Positions 36,301 to 48,809 of a stretch of DNA of 64,000 nt are shown one piece after another. Where the stretch lies: NCBI GenBank assembly GCA_964035545.1, contig OZ037765.1, positions 34,099,504 to 34,163,503 on the forward strand, given 5' to 3'. Numbering within the stretch: position 1 is the stretch's first letter; each line of letters starts with the position of its first letter. The DNA comes from Bugula neritina. Lineage: Eukaryota > Animalia > Bryozoa. Position numbers and translations under genes: made by a program. Below the pieces are notes generated by a model. That model was not told the origin of the DNA. It saw only the letters and a list, made by a program, of their open reading frames with translations, and searched no databases.

Positions 36301-39300
36301 GTCAGTTACTGTATAGTAACTTACCTGTAAGTAGTGTATAGTAACACACCTGTAAGTAGTGTATAGTAACTTACCTGTAAGTACTGTATAGTAACTCACC
36401 TGGAAATACTGCAGGACGCTGTTGATGACGCAGTTCTTATTGTCGGGGTAGAGCGGCTGGTAGCAGATATCCTCTAATCCCACAGTCTCGTTGTTGCCCA
36501 TGTCAGCCCTCAGGGCAGAGATGTTGTTTTGGAGGTACAGAAGCTAAAGAATGAAAGAGAGACATGAGTTCACAAGAAGATGTAGAGAATGCTGGCAGAG
36601 AGAAGGTAAAGCGCAGTATTAGTATGCAGTGGCTAGATCAGCTGAGAGCCACAGCACCTAGGGCTATAGCCACAGCACCTGGGGCTATAGCCACAGCACC
36701 TGGGGCTATAGCCACCTACACTTTACTCATCCATCTGCACCTCATATCAAACATGTGCCCAGAATCCTACAGCTAGCGGAGCAGAAAGTCGGGTGGGTAA
36801 TGCAGACTCACCTCCTTGAGGAAGTCGAGCTGGAAGCCGCCACTGATGTTGGTGTAGGTGATGGCGGGGTAAGGGTCCTCGTGCATTGAGCTCTTCCACT
36901 TCTTCGGGTCAAATCTGATGATAAGCTGCTCGGTTCGGTAGAAGGGGCTGTAAGGGACAGAAGTATAGTGTCAGGGTGGTGTCAGTATAGTGTCAGGGTG
37001 GTGACAGGATGGTGTCAGGGTGGTGTCAGTATAGTGTCAGGGTGGTGACAGTATAGTGTCAGCGTGGTGACAGTATGTGTCAGGGTCGTGACAGTATAGT
37101 GTCAGGGTGGTGTCAGTATAGTGACAGGGTGGTGTCAGTATAGTGTCCGGGTGGTGACAGTATAGTGTCAGGGTGGTGACACTATAGTGTCAGGGTGGTG
37201 TCAGTATAGTGACAGGGTGGTGTCAGTATAGTGTCCGGGTGGTGTCAGTATAGGGTCAGGGTGGTGACAGTATAGTGTCAGGGAGTTAGTGACTGTGAGA
37301 GAGTTAGTGACTGTGAGAGAGTTAGTGACTGTAAGAGAGTTAGTGACTGTAAGAGAGTGACTGTGAGAGAGTTAGTGACTGTGAGAGAGTTTGTGACTGT
37401 GAGAGAGTTAGTGACTGTAAGAGAGTTAGTGACTGTGAGAGAGTTAGTGACTGTGAGATAGTTAGTGACTGTGAGAGAGTTAGTGACTGTGAGAGAGTTA
37501 GTGACTGTGAGAGAGTTAGTGACTGTAAGAGAGTGACTGTGAGAGAGTTTGTGACTGTGAGAGAGTTAGTGACTGTAAGAGAGTTAGTGACTGTGAGAGA
37601 GTTAGTGACTGTGAGAGAGTTAGTGACTGTGAGAGAGTTAGTGACTGTGAGAGAGTTAGTGACTGTGAGAGAGTTAGTGACTGTGAGAGAGTTAGTGACT
37701 GTGAGAGAGTTAGTGACTGTGAGAGAGTTAGTGACTGTAAGAGAGTTAGTGACTGTGAGAGAGTTAGTGACTGTGAGAGAGTTAGTGACTGTGAGGTAAC
37801 TAAGACTCAGAGTACACTAACTTGAAAGTGCTGTCAAAGTAGTTCTTGTTGCTCCTAGTGACGCTGGTGGGAGCAGACCACAACTCCACGGGGTCGGTGA
37901 TGACCTTAGCGAAGTATATGCCAAAGGTCAGGATGCCGCATATGATGAAACTGATGACTATCACTTTAATAGGATGTCTGGCAGCTACACGGCCCCACCT
38001 ACAACAACAAAACAAAAATTAGTCTAGGAGAAAACTTGAATTAAAGTTAACAAGAAAAATTGAAATTGAACAACAACTATCATCAACTCATAAACGGTAT
38101 TCCAGATGACCTTCAACATACTGACAACTAAATTCAGGTATTGCTCACTACGTAGTCCTCTTGTTTACTGCTAAACACTCGACATATTCCTGCTCAGAGC
38201 ACCATCAGCAAACAATTCCCCGACCTTACTTATTCAATAGGAAATGCTAAACGGGCAGCGAAAGACGTACCATGAAAACGCTGACTCTAGCATTTGCTCC
38301 CACTTCAGTCCGATTTTCTCCAGAATATTCCCTCCGCGAGACTGACTGGCAGTGTGGGACCTGCTGCTGCTGCCGTTACCGAGTGTGGTGCGCACCTGCA
38401 GGAATAGAAGAGTTACCAGGTGATACACCTACCCTATCAGCAGTACTGCTTGTCTAACAGAGTATAATCTAGTGCAGCAGACAGCATTATATTATATGAT
38501 ATACAATATCATAACTCCATTAAATTGTTATATGATATATCATAGTATACATCACATTCATACATTGCTAACTAGAAACTATCTAACTGACACAGTACAC
38601 GTGTACCGAGTAAGGAAAATACCGGCACTACCAGAGAGTTAGTTACTCCACGAGATAAGAGTACATGAGGTGATGGAGATGAGGTGATAGTTTGCTCAGC
38701 TGATAAGCTGCTAGAGACAGACAAGAAAATCACTGTCTGCAGATGTAGAGATATGTGTGCAGATGTAGAGGTGTCTGCAGATGTAGAGATATGTGTGCAG
38801 ATGTAGATATGTGTGCAGATGTAGATATGTGTGCAGATGTAGATATGTGTGCAGATGTAGAGGTGTGTGCAGATGTAGAGGTGTCTGCAGATGTAGAGAT
38901 AAGTGTGCAGATGTAGAGATGTGTGCAGATGTAGAGATGTGTGCAGAAGTAGAGATGTGTGCAGTTGACAAAACTCCCAACTACACAGTGAAGCTGAGAG
39001 TGCATTCTGTTGGGTTATTCGGAGGCCATTGTGATAGCTGAAGATTGTTATCTAAATTATCGTGAGATTAGCGATGAATAGGATACAGTATTTGTACAGT
39101 GAGTACAATATGGCCGCAGCACGAGATGTACAGTGAGTACAACATGGCCGCAGCACGAGATGCAAAGTGAGTACAATATGGCCGCAGCACGAGATGCAGA
39201 GTGAGTACAATATGGCCGCAGCACGAGATGCAGAGTGAGTACAATATGGCCGCAGCACGAGATGTACAGTGAGTACAATATGGCCGCAGCACGAGATGTA

Positions 39301-42300
39301 CAGTGAGTACAATATGGCCGCAGCACGTGATGCAGAGTGAGTACAATATGGCCGCAGCACGAGATGCAGAGTGAGTACAATATGGCCGCAGCACGTGATG
39401 TAGAGTGAGTACAATATGGCCGCAGCACGAGATGCAGAGTGAGTACAATATGGCCGCAGCACGAGATGTACAGTGAGTACAATATGGCCGCAGCACGAGA
39501 TGCAGAGTGAGTACAATATGGCCGCAGCACGAGATGCAGAGTGAGTACAATATGGCCGCAGCACGAGATGCAGAGTGAGTACAATATGGCCGCAGCACGA
39601 GATGTAGAGTGAGTACAATATGGCCGCAGCACGTGATGTAGAGTGAGTACAATATGGCCGCAGCACGAGATGTACAGTGAGTACAACATGTCCGCAGCAC
39701 GTGATGTAGAGTGAGTACAATATGGCCGCAGCACGAGATGTAGAGTGAGTACAATATGTCCGCAGCACGTGATGTAGAGTGAGTACAATATGGCCGCAGC
39801 ACGAGATGCAGAGTGAGTACAATATGGCCGCAGCACGAGATGCAGAGTGAGTACAATATGGCCGCAGCACGAGATGCAGAGTGAGTACAATATGGCCGCA
39901 GCACGAGATGCAGAGTGAGTACAATATGGCCGCAGCACGAGATGTACAGTGAGTACAATATGGCCGCAGCACGAGATGCAGAGTGAGTACAATATGGCCG
40001 CAGCACGAGATGCAGAGTGAGTACAATATGGCCGCAGCACGAGATGCAGAGTAAGTACAATATGGCCGCAGCACGAGATGCAGAGTGAGTACAATATGGC
40101 CGCAGCACGAGATGTAGAGTGAGTACAATATGGCCGCAGCACGTGATGTAGAGTGAGTACAATATGGCCGCAGCACGAGATGTACAGTGAGTACAACATG
40201 TCCGCAGCACGTGATGTAGAGTGAGTACAATATGTCCGCAGCACGAGATGTACAGTGAGTACAACATGTCCGCAGCACGTGATGTAGAGTGAGTACAATA
40301 TGGCCGCAGCACGAGATGTAGAGTGAGTACAATATGGCCGCAGCACGAGATGTACACTGAGTACAATATGGCCGCAGCACGAGATGTAGAGTGAGTACAA
40401 TATGGCCGCAGCACGAGATGTAGAGTGAGTACAATATGGCCGCAGCACGAGATGTAGAGTGAGTACAATATGGCCGCAGCACGAGATGTACACTGAGTAC
40501 AATATGGCCGCAGCACGAGATGTACTGAACTCATCAGAGAACAGAATGTTGAGGTTACTCAATCAACTTAACAGTAATCTATTTGGAAACGACAACAGGA
40601 TATACGAGTGTGTCAGTAGTAACAACTATACATCAAGTATCTAACAATGTACGGAGTAGGTACTGTGAGATAAACAGGATGTGATGTCAGAGTAGATTAC
40701 CTCATGCTCCAGACCGAAACTGTCCTTCTTGTGAACATAGTACCAGATCTGACAGGAGCCGAAGAGGATGACGAAGCCAACTAGAATGCTGCCGGCCACA
40801 AATACCATGCCCTCTATACTCAGTATCTCCCACTCCACCGGGTGGGGCACTATGTCCCTGTGAGGGGGGCACATGGCAGCGCAGTCCTACGGCAGCAGAT
40901 GTATCATTATACTATATTCTATCAAACTGAACATGGCAGGAGAAATATACAATACTGATTGAGTATAATACTAATAAGTTTACTTCATAAGGCACTGTCA
41001 AATCACTGCATGCACTAATTCAGATTACTGGTCACAGTAGTAGTAGCAGCAGCAGTAGTAGTAGCAGCAGCAGCAGTAGTAGCAGCAGTAGTAGCAGCAG
41101 TAGTAGTAGTAGTAGCAGCAGCAGTAGTAGTAGTAGTACTAGTAGTAGTAGTACTAGTAGTAGTAGTACTAGTAATAGCAGTAGTACTAGTAGTAGTACT
41201 ATTACTACTGATATAAATTTAACACTGATGGCACAAGAAGAATATAATACCACAGGATAATTCACATGACAGAGCTTGTATAATATATTACATATGATGA
41301 TATAATCTGAGCACAGCATCTGTCTGTCTGTCTGTCTGCATATGATGCTATTATTATGTTGTTATTGTCTTGACCTTTGGCCCTGACTTGTAGCCAGTGC
41401 AGTGAACGACCCCTGAATCAACACCTAGTTGCAGTTATAGAGACATTTCAATAGCCTAACTTCTTTAATCTTTCTTATTTTCCTTTAGAACACAGGCTTT
41501 CCCTAAATTTTCTAATACTACATCTAAAACTTATAAAACTCTCGGTTTTGCATCAAAAATGATTACCTGTATTCAATGCATAATACTGGCCAAGCCATTA
41601 TTCCGACAGAGTAGTAATACGTCACAAGGTAGTAACAAGTCACAACACAGTGTAGTAATACGTCACAAGGTAGTAACAAGTCACAACACAGCGTAGTAAT
41701 ACGTCACAAGGTAGTAACAAGTCACAACACAGCGTAGTAATACGTCACAAGATAGTAACTAGTCACAACACAGCGTAGTAATACGTCACAAAGTAGTAAC
41801 TAGTCACCTGACAGCTGCAACTCGGTTTAGACGGATCAGGACTACTTGAGCAGAGATAGCTCGTCTCATTCAGCGGGGTCAAGGACACATTAACCTTCCG
41901 ATAGCTTTGCCAGACGACTGGAGTATCGGAGATGTTGTAGTACATGGGGAAGGGAGAGTTGCTGCCGTGACCGAGGAAGTCTAGCCACGCCTGGGGAGTG
42001 CAGACTCCGTCAGACCCGGTGCCGCACAGCAGGTCTATAGCCTGGAATATACACAACACACCTAGACTCCGCCTACATAGCACATCTATACTCCGCCTAC
42101 ATAACACATCTATTCTCCGCCTACACAACACATCTATACTCCGCCCACATAGCACATCTATACTCCGCCTACACAACACATCTATACTCCGCCTACACAA
42201 CACACCTAGACTCCGCCTACACAACACATCTATACTCCGCCTACACAACACATCTATACTCCGCCTACACAACACACCTATACTCCGCCTACACAACACA

Positions 42301-45300
42301 CCTATACTCTGCCTACATAGCACATCTATACGCTGCCTACACAAGCTCTCATGTTGAATATAATAGCCGTGAGATGAGACAAGGAAACAAACAGGATCTT
42401 AGTTGTGATGATTTACATTCACAAAGTTAGGCTGTTGTTTATCACTAGGAGTACAAGATATAGAGTATAGAATAGGGTATAGAATACGGAGTATAGAGTA
42501 TAGAATACAGAGTATATAATTATATAATACAGAGTGTAGAGTATAGAATAATGAGTATATAATACAGAGTATAGAGTATAGAATACAGAGTATAGAATAC
42601 AGAGTATAGAGTATAGAATACAGAGTATAGAATACAGAGTACAGAGTATAGAATATAGAGTATAGAATACAGAAAATAAAATTATATAATAAAGAGTGTA
42701 GAGTATAGAATACAGAGTATATAATACAGAGTGTAGAGTATATAATACAGAGTGTAGAGTATATAATACAGAGTGTAGAGTATAGAATACAGAGTACAGA
42801 GTATAGAATACAGAGTATAAGGTATAGAATACAGAGTATAGAATACAGAGTATAGAATACAGAGTATAGAGTATAGAATACAGAGTATAGGGTATAGAAT
42901 ACAGAGTATAGGGTATAGAATACAGAGTATAGAGTATAGAATACAGAGTACAGAATACATAGTATAGAGTATAGAATACAGAGTATAGAGTATAACACAC
43001 CTTCTGATTGTTGCTAGGGAACTGCACATCTTTACACGACTCAAACAAGCCATTAGCAAAGTTACTGGACAGCGCGACAGCGACAGAGCCCACTGACTCT
43101 GTAGAGTTGAGCGGGGAAGGGCCGGTGTACGTGATGTTGGTAAGGGGCTGAAACAGAATATAATACAGACGCTGTGATAACATTACAAGACTGCAGTAAA
43201 TGCCTCAGCTCAGCTGATTGGTCTATACCAGAGCTGCAAGTCTCTGTGTTATTACAACTCTTGAACTTTACTATTCCTCACCAAGCTACAGCTGTAGAGA
43301 TGAATAGCCTAAGCAAAACAAATGTACAAAAACACTCTTTAGAGTTACATGAACAGCATTTGTCCTCTGATATGAGACCATGTTGTACTGATGAGTCATA
43401 GTCCGACCTCAGGTAGGTGGATCCCACCTCAGGTAGGTGGATCTCAGGTGTGTGACATGACAAAGTGTAGGAGAGAGGATGCAGTAGAGAGATGGCACAT
43501 TATATTACTATAATATACAAGCAATGTGGTAATAGGGTGACATAGTACGATGCAACAGAAATAGTATAATTTACCTGGTTATTAGCAAGATAAGAAACAT
43601 CAATGGAAAGATAATGACAGGGTCAAAGGTTGCATGCCCTGGAGTTATGTAACCCAAAGTTGCTGGTAGATAAAAGATTTAACTTTTACTAGTACCTGGG
43701 GTCAGGATATAGCTACAGTTAGCCACCATAGATCTCTACTCACTGATCTCTACTCACTACCATAGACTTCTACTCACCGTCATGAAGGTAGACGCATTGG
43801 GATAGCATGTTGTGTAGCAGAAGAGATCAAGGAAGTTCTGGTAGCAGGACGGACATCTGGAGAGGAACTGCTTTGGTGGTCCCATGTTGTTGGCAAACGT
43901 AGAGACCTGGTGTGAGTCACAGCAGAGGGGAGGGTCATCACCTGCGGCAGCGAGACACATGTGACAGCATATATGTGTGCAATTGTATATAATAGTGTGT
44001 AATAGCATATAATAGTATATAATAGTATATGATAATATATTATAGTGTGAGATGGAAGAAGTATATATTACAGCATTTATGATTCACAAAACAATAATCA
44101 TGACAATAACAATGAGAAATCATCTAAATTCATCCCAAAAGAGAACAGAACAAAAAAAAAAACAAATGAAGGAGAGAAGAGAAGAAAGCATAAAGAGAGG
44201 GGGATACTACAGACATAAAGAGAGGGGGATACAGACATAAAGAGAGGGGGATACAGACATAAAGAGAGGGGGATACAGACATAAAGAGAGGGGGATACAG
44301 ACATAAAGAGAGGGGGATACAGACATAAAGAGAGGGGGATACAGACATAAAGAGAGGGGGATACAGACATAAAGAGAGGGGGATACAGACATAAAGAGAG
44401 GGGGATACAGACATAAAGAGAGGGGGATACAGACATAAAGAGAGGGGGATACAGACATAAAGAGAGGGGATACAGACATAAAGAGACATAAAAAAGAGGA
44501 CATACTGTGGTCAAAGAGGGTAGGGCAGTAGTTTTTCAGTATGCTAAGAGCAGTGTCGTTGTTCATATTGAGAGGGGGTCCTTCATACAGACAGTTGACA
44601 TTGTTGTTAGAGTTGAAGCATTCTCCATACCACACGCAGTCAGCCTGCACTTGTACCAGGAGAGAGAGCAGCACCTGCATATACAACATATACTACACTA
44701 CAGTAGCCTGCACTTGTACCAGGAGAGAGAGCAGCACCTGCATATACAACAGATACAACACTACAGTAGCCGGCATGTGATTGGAGAGTCACAACTCTTT
44801 ACATGTTCAACAGTATTGTTAGTTTATTCATGCTAAACTCTTCTATTTACAGTGAATATAATGATTTAATGATAAGGCGCAGCCAATCATGGCTTTCTCT
44901 TTAGAAGTGAACATTGTCAAGGGTCTAGCTATGCGTCATCTCCTTTTATTATTATCACTTGACCTTTCGACCTTGTCATTGTCAGCTCTACTGATTGTCA
45001 CTGAATACAGCTGATTGTGCATACAACTTGATGCACTCATCCAACATTTTATTGAGCAGAAAACAAACAGTGAAGCACTTTCAGAAATAGGAAATGTGCC
45101 ATAAAACTTTGCCATACAATTAAAATTTAATTATAGATAAACTGTAACACAATGAATAAACATTTATAGATCTATTGATTAGCAATGTAACAATAATATA
45201 CCAGTATTGGTGCTGCTAGCAGAGTGTGTGTTATCTTCATGGTGATTGGTGGATATTATACCATGTAGGTTATACAATCAGATTCTGTGAGATCTATTCT

Positions 45301-47434
45301 ATACTCTAGAAAAACAAACAAACAGCTACATTAAAAGCTGCATAAAACCAAGTCAGGCAACGGAGGGCAGCCTTTACCAAAGTGCAGTAGACCTAAGGCT
45401 ATGCTTAGTGTATTTCCTGGCTTATATAAAACACACTGCGTAATAAGATGGATATCACTTTTCCTTCCTAAAGAATAACTCCACCAGTATTTGAAGATAA
45501 AGGTATGCAGCAACAGAGAAAGATCAAAAACCTAAATTCTTCAATTGCTTTCATGAACTCTCGGTTAATATTCTCACAAAAACATTACTTGTGATGCTAA
45601 ATTTCTCATTTATGAGAAAAGTTTTTCTCAGTTCCTTCATCATTGCACTTATCTTGAAAATCAGGCCTTAGGATATTGAGCCTTTCATATGTATCACCAG
45701 CTAGAGTCATAATAATCTAAGCATTGTGTAAAGCACAAGACAGTGTGATCCATCACTTGAGAGTTAGTTTAACTTGGTTGAATACAACTTAATTTAAACT
45801 TTTTCAAGTTGAATTGAATCACAAGTGACAATGAGAGTGAAACAGCATGGCAGTCAGCAGGCACACATATCTTTACACATCACTCTTCAATGTCTATTTG
45901 AAATGACCCTGACTAAAAATGTTTATTATTGCACTTTTATAAAATTAAAATTAATTTTCTATTAGGAAAAATTTACATTTCATAAAAACATGAAATTCTA
46001 GATAGCCTGACTAACACATTAATATTTTTCCTGTCAAGTTAAATAACATAAGTTTACTGAAGACATCAGCAACTGCAACAATTCAATAGGAAATAATACC
46101 AACAGATCCATAACCTAGTGATGGGCATACTCTACTTACTGGTATTAACACTTGTAGGAATAGGGAGCAGCTGTGGGCGATGGCTTAGTGTGCTTTTGGT
46201 CAGGGGTTTGAAACCCACTTAGACCAGCACCACCACCCAGCCCTATGAATCATAACAAGCTATAATGAAACTGCTACTCAAATATATTAGGACTGTAGCA
46301 TGATATTTGAACAGTAACTGTGACAATGGCTGTCAAACTAAAAGAGTAAGTGAATTAAAAAGATAGGCAATATTGGTATTTATATAATATTACTATTATT
46401 ATCACTCTGAGTGTTACAATTATTTATATACTTTTTATTGTAAGACACTGCTAAACGTATTGATTCAACTATTAATACACCTATAAGCATGAATATCATA
46501 TTAAATATTAATATAAACAAACAATCAACTGTCCCTTACTCAACAATTTAGGTTTGGTCAAAAATTACTTTTTCATTTAAGACTTAACTTTAACCATAAA
46601 CATTGCACCCCAAGCTTAAACCCCAAACTATAAGTATCACTATTAGTATTGCTATTACATAACCCTATATTCAGCCATTCTGCACAGTATTAGTATGCTA
46701 TTTTGTGTATGATTATGACTATCACCACCACCGTGACTACTCCCAATATCATTATTACATATAAAGTCGATGTAGTCATTAAGACATATAATTATAATGA
46801 TTGGTATGAGTTGAATAAGTTAAACTTCGAGTTTATATTATGAATAATTAAAATTGCCATTAATAGAAATTCAAATAGTAAATAATAATTAGTATTACTT
46901 ACACTTGCAGATATATATCAGTCTTTAATATTTATATTAACCTTTGGCTTTGCTTTAATTTACTTTTAGTCTTATACTTATAGTCGTACTGATACTTATA
47001 GTAATACTTTAAATTGGCCTTATGAGTTATGATATAGATATAACTATAAGTATACATATTGATTTTTATTAATATTATTATCATGACTATCATGAATCAC
47101 CACTTCAAGTGACAGCATGAGTATGACTCATACTATAAGTATAACTAATACTATGAGTAAGAAATAATTCAACTATTTTTAATATTACTATTAGTATTAG
47201 TGACTATTAGTATTACTAATGACAATGTGATGCTACTACTACGTCTACTGTCAACTAGTACTAGTACTATCAGTATTACTATTACCAATACTCATACACT
47301 TCCACTTACAGTAATACTAATAGTACTAGTACTAGTAGTAGTACTACTAGTACTAGTAGTAGTAGTAGTACTACTACTACTACTAGTAGTACTACTACTA
47401 GTAGTAGTAGTACTAGTAGTAGTAGTAGTAGTAC

Positions 47435-47465
<31 letters not shown>

Positions 47466-47728
47466 CTAGTAGTAGCAATTAGCATGAGCATCACATTTGA
47501 TTTTATGATTCACTATTACTATTAACTTCAAGTATTAGACTTGGTATTACTATTAGTATTACTATTAGTATTAGTATTACTATTAGTATTAGTAGTATTA
47601 CATTTACGTTTAGTTTTACTAAGCTATATTATAACTATTTTAATATAATTTCAAAACTAACAAACATATAAACGTAAAATATTAAGACGAAAAAGTAGGA
47701 GAAAGCACGACCTTTGGATTTCGTGCAT
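27310..47728 (-). CDS. NPC1: NPC intracellular cholesterol transporter 1, ~1320 aa, 26 coding exons
   Basis: Exons (5'->3'): 47728-47666 (tentative signal-peptide exon), 44674-44506, 43941-43778, 43147-43001, 42041-41808, 40886-40701, 38395-38271, 37998-37822, 36947-36812, 36543-36400, 35934-35849, 34334-34234, 34082-33901, 33741-33607, 32899-32717, 32556-32442, 32328-32201, 31923-31644, 31512-31374, 30978-30845, 30041-29915, 29726-29511, 29265-29034, 28170-28057, 27666-27504, 27392-27310. All are phase-consistent. Motifs [50 protein letters not shown] (sterol-sensing domain), [27 protein letters not shown] and [11 protein letters not shown]. Confidence 0.96.
28174..28975. repeat. NPC1 intronic minisatellite, ~24-nt unit GGGGATATACAGTAGAGTATGTGT, ~33 copies
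   Basis: Fills the intron up to the acceptor at 28171. Confidence 0.95.
29775..29917. repeat. NPC1 donor-anchored minisatellite (24-28 nt), duplicating GGG|GTGAGT
   Basis: Minus-strand unit GGGGTG(AGTG)TACTACTATACTACTCTA starts at the donor at 29914. Confidence 0.85.
30110..30830. repeat. NPC1 intronic minisatellite, 22-nt unit TACTATAAGCATACAGTTACTA, ~32 copies
   Basis: Visible tandem array. Confidence 0.95.
32998..33598. repeat. NPC1 intronic minisatellite, 17-nt unit GAGAGACTGAGTAACAA, ~35 copies
   Basis: Near-perfect array starting at the donor at 33606. Confidence 0.95.
34375..34612. repeat. Minisatellite, 24-nt unit ATGTAGGCAGCTAGACTCTGCTAT
   Basis: Visible tandem array near the acceptor at 34335. 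Confidence 0.9.
35004..35375. repeat. 8-nt repeat ACTGTAAC with variants
   Basis: Visible tandem array. Confidence 0.9.
36305..36405 (-). repeat. 25-nt unit duplicating the CAG|GT donor of NPC1 exon 36543-36400, 4 copies
   Basis: Donors at 36399, 36374, 36349 and 36324. Confidence 0.88.
36962..37795. repeat. Two abutting minisatellites filling one NPC1 intron: 22-nt AGTATAGTGTCAGGGTGGTGTC (36962-37282) and 18-nt GAGTTAGTGACTGTGAGA (37283-37795)
   Basis: Visible arrays with a sharp junction. Confidence 0.93.
38735..38965. repeat. 16-18-nt repeat TGTGCAGATGTAGAGA
   Basis: Visible tandem array. Confidence 0.88.
39093..40525. repeat. NPC1 intronic minisatellite, 34-nt unit GTGAGTACAATATGGCCGCAGCACGAGATGCAGA, ~42 copies
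   Basis: Contiguous array with no spacers; source of the three spurious ~480-500 aa ORFs. Confidence 0.96.
41036..41205. repeat. (TAG/CAG)n trinucleotide microsatellite
   Basis: Visible. Confidence 0.9.
41610..41807. repeat. ~39-nt minisatellite starting at the NPC1 donor at 41807
   Basis: Minus-strand unit GTGACTAGTTACTACTTTGTGACGTATTACTACGCTGTGTT, ~5 copies. Confidence 0.88.
42050..42342. repeat. 24-nt minisatellite CACAACACATCTATACTCCGCCTA abutting the NPC1 acceptor at 42042
   Basis: Visible tandem array. Confidence 0.9.
42460..42995. repeat. 7/14-nt low-complexity repeat AGAGTATAGAATAC abutting the NPC1 donor at 43000
   Basis: Visible. Confidence 0.88.
44190..44490. repeat. 22-nt minisatellite CATAAAGAGAGGGGGATACAGA next to the NPC1 donor at 44505
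   Basis: Visible tandem array, ~13 copies. Confidence 0.92.
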
Positions 47729-48015
47729 ACAAAAACAATCCATCCACTTGTCACAAGTTGAAGTTCAAGTTGAGTGCGTAGTTACATGTGAACGTTACCG
47801 TATCAGGTTGCTTGATGATTCAAATGACCTCTGTTGATATCAGAGTGGACTGATATAGCCTATTGCGTGCTTGGTAGTTGTCGCTTCTTATCGGATAAAA
47901 TCCGAAATTTATTTACGGAAAAAAAGCTAAATGTTTAGGCAAAAACCTTGACCTTGACATAGATCTAGTTTTTTGTGCAACAAGTTTTCTCATATAACGA
48001 CCCTGTCCAACAGCT
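47729..48015. promoter_or_regulatory. Putative bidirectional promoter / first exons shared by NPC1 and NPRL3
   Basis: Tentative NPC1 ATG at 47728 (-) and a probable NPRL3 5'-UTR donor CT|GTAAGT at 48016 (+). Locally CpG-richer sequence between low-complexity flanks. Confidence 0.55.
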
Positions 48016-48809
48016 GTAAGTTAGAGATTTTCTAATAATTTTCTGTCAAAGTGAAAATGAAAAGTTTAATAATAATATATCCATTCCATATTCAATATGA
48101 ATATGAATCAAACCAATAACAACACTATTTAATAGCAATATAGATCAATTAATTGTCAATATCATCCATTCGTTATTTAATTTGGTGAATGTTCTATGTA
48201 TTGAGCTATGAATATGAGTAAAATTTCGAATAAGAATTGGGTCAATTTCAATTTGACTTCGGTTTTACTTTTAGTAACTTTTACTTTCAGTTTCAGTTTT
48301 ACAATAACAATTGGATTAGGAATTGAAAATCAAAACAAAAATAAATTTCAATTTGAATTTAGATCGCATTTACTTTTAGTTTTACTCATATCCATACTGT
48401 CTAGTGTTATTGACTTGGTTTTGCTTTAAATGATAAATCTAACGTATTTTTTCCAAATCATAATTATTTTACTTTTACTTTTAGTCTTTGATGGCGTCAA
48501 CCTAAACTTGTAGTTCAAGTTGAAGTTTTTTAATGGTTAGTAATAGCGGATTATTAATACTAATAGTTGCAATCTATCTTTCTCTTTTATTATTGTATAT
48601 AAATAAATTTACTAATAATAATAATAATTTTATACTTATAAATATAAATTATAATTATCCTCATCTTGGTAATAATCATTCTAATACTAATAGTAGTAGT
48701 GAAATGATGCAACTGCAAGGTGGCCAAAGCCCTTCGAAATTGAATTTATAAATATACAAGCAACATCAGATATTGTAATGGTCACTTGTCTAATTTCAGA
48801 TCTGAAAAG

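Noticed and set aside
39052-40562. Three overlapping 476-501 aa ORFs, and a CRISPR-like 34-nt repeat length
   Set aside because: These are translations of a contiguous minisatellite inside an NPC1 intron. There are no unique spacers or cas genes, and the context is eukaryotic.
42399-43000. [10 protein letters not shown]-rich ORFs
   Set aside because: Low-complexity intronic repeat.
46165-46240. tRNA/SINE-like GGTTTGAAACCC box
   Set aside because: No cloverleaf or convincing A box; too degenerate to call.
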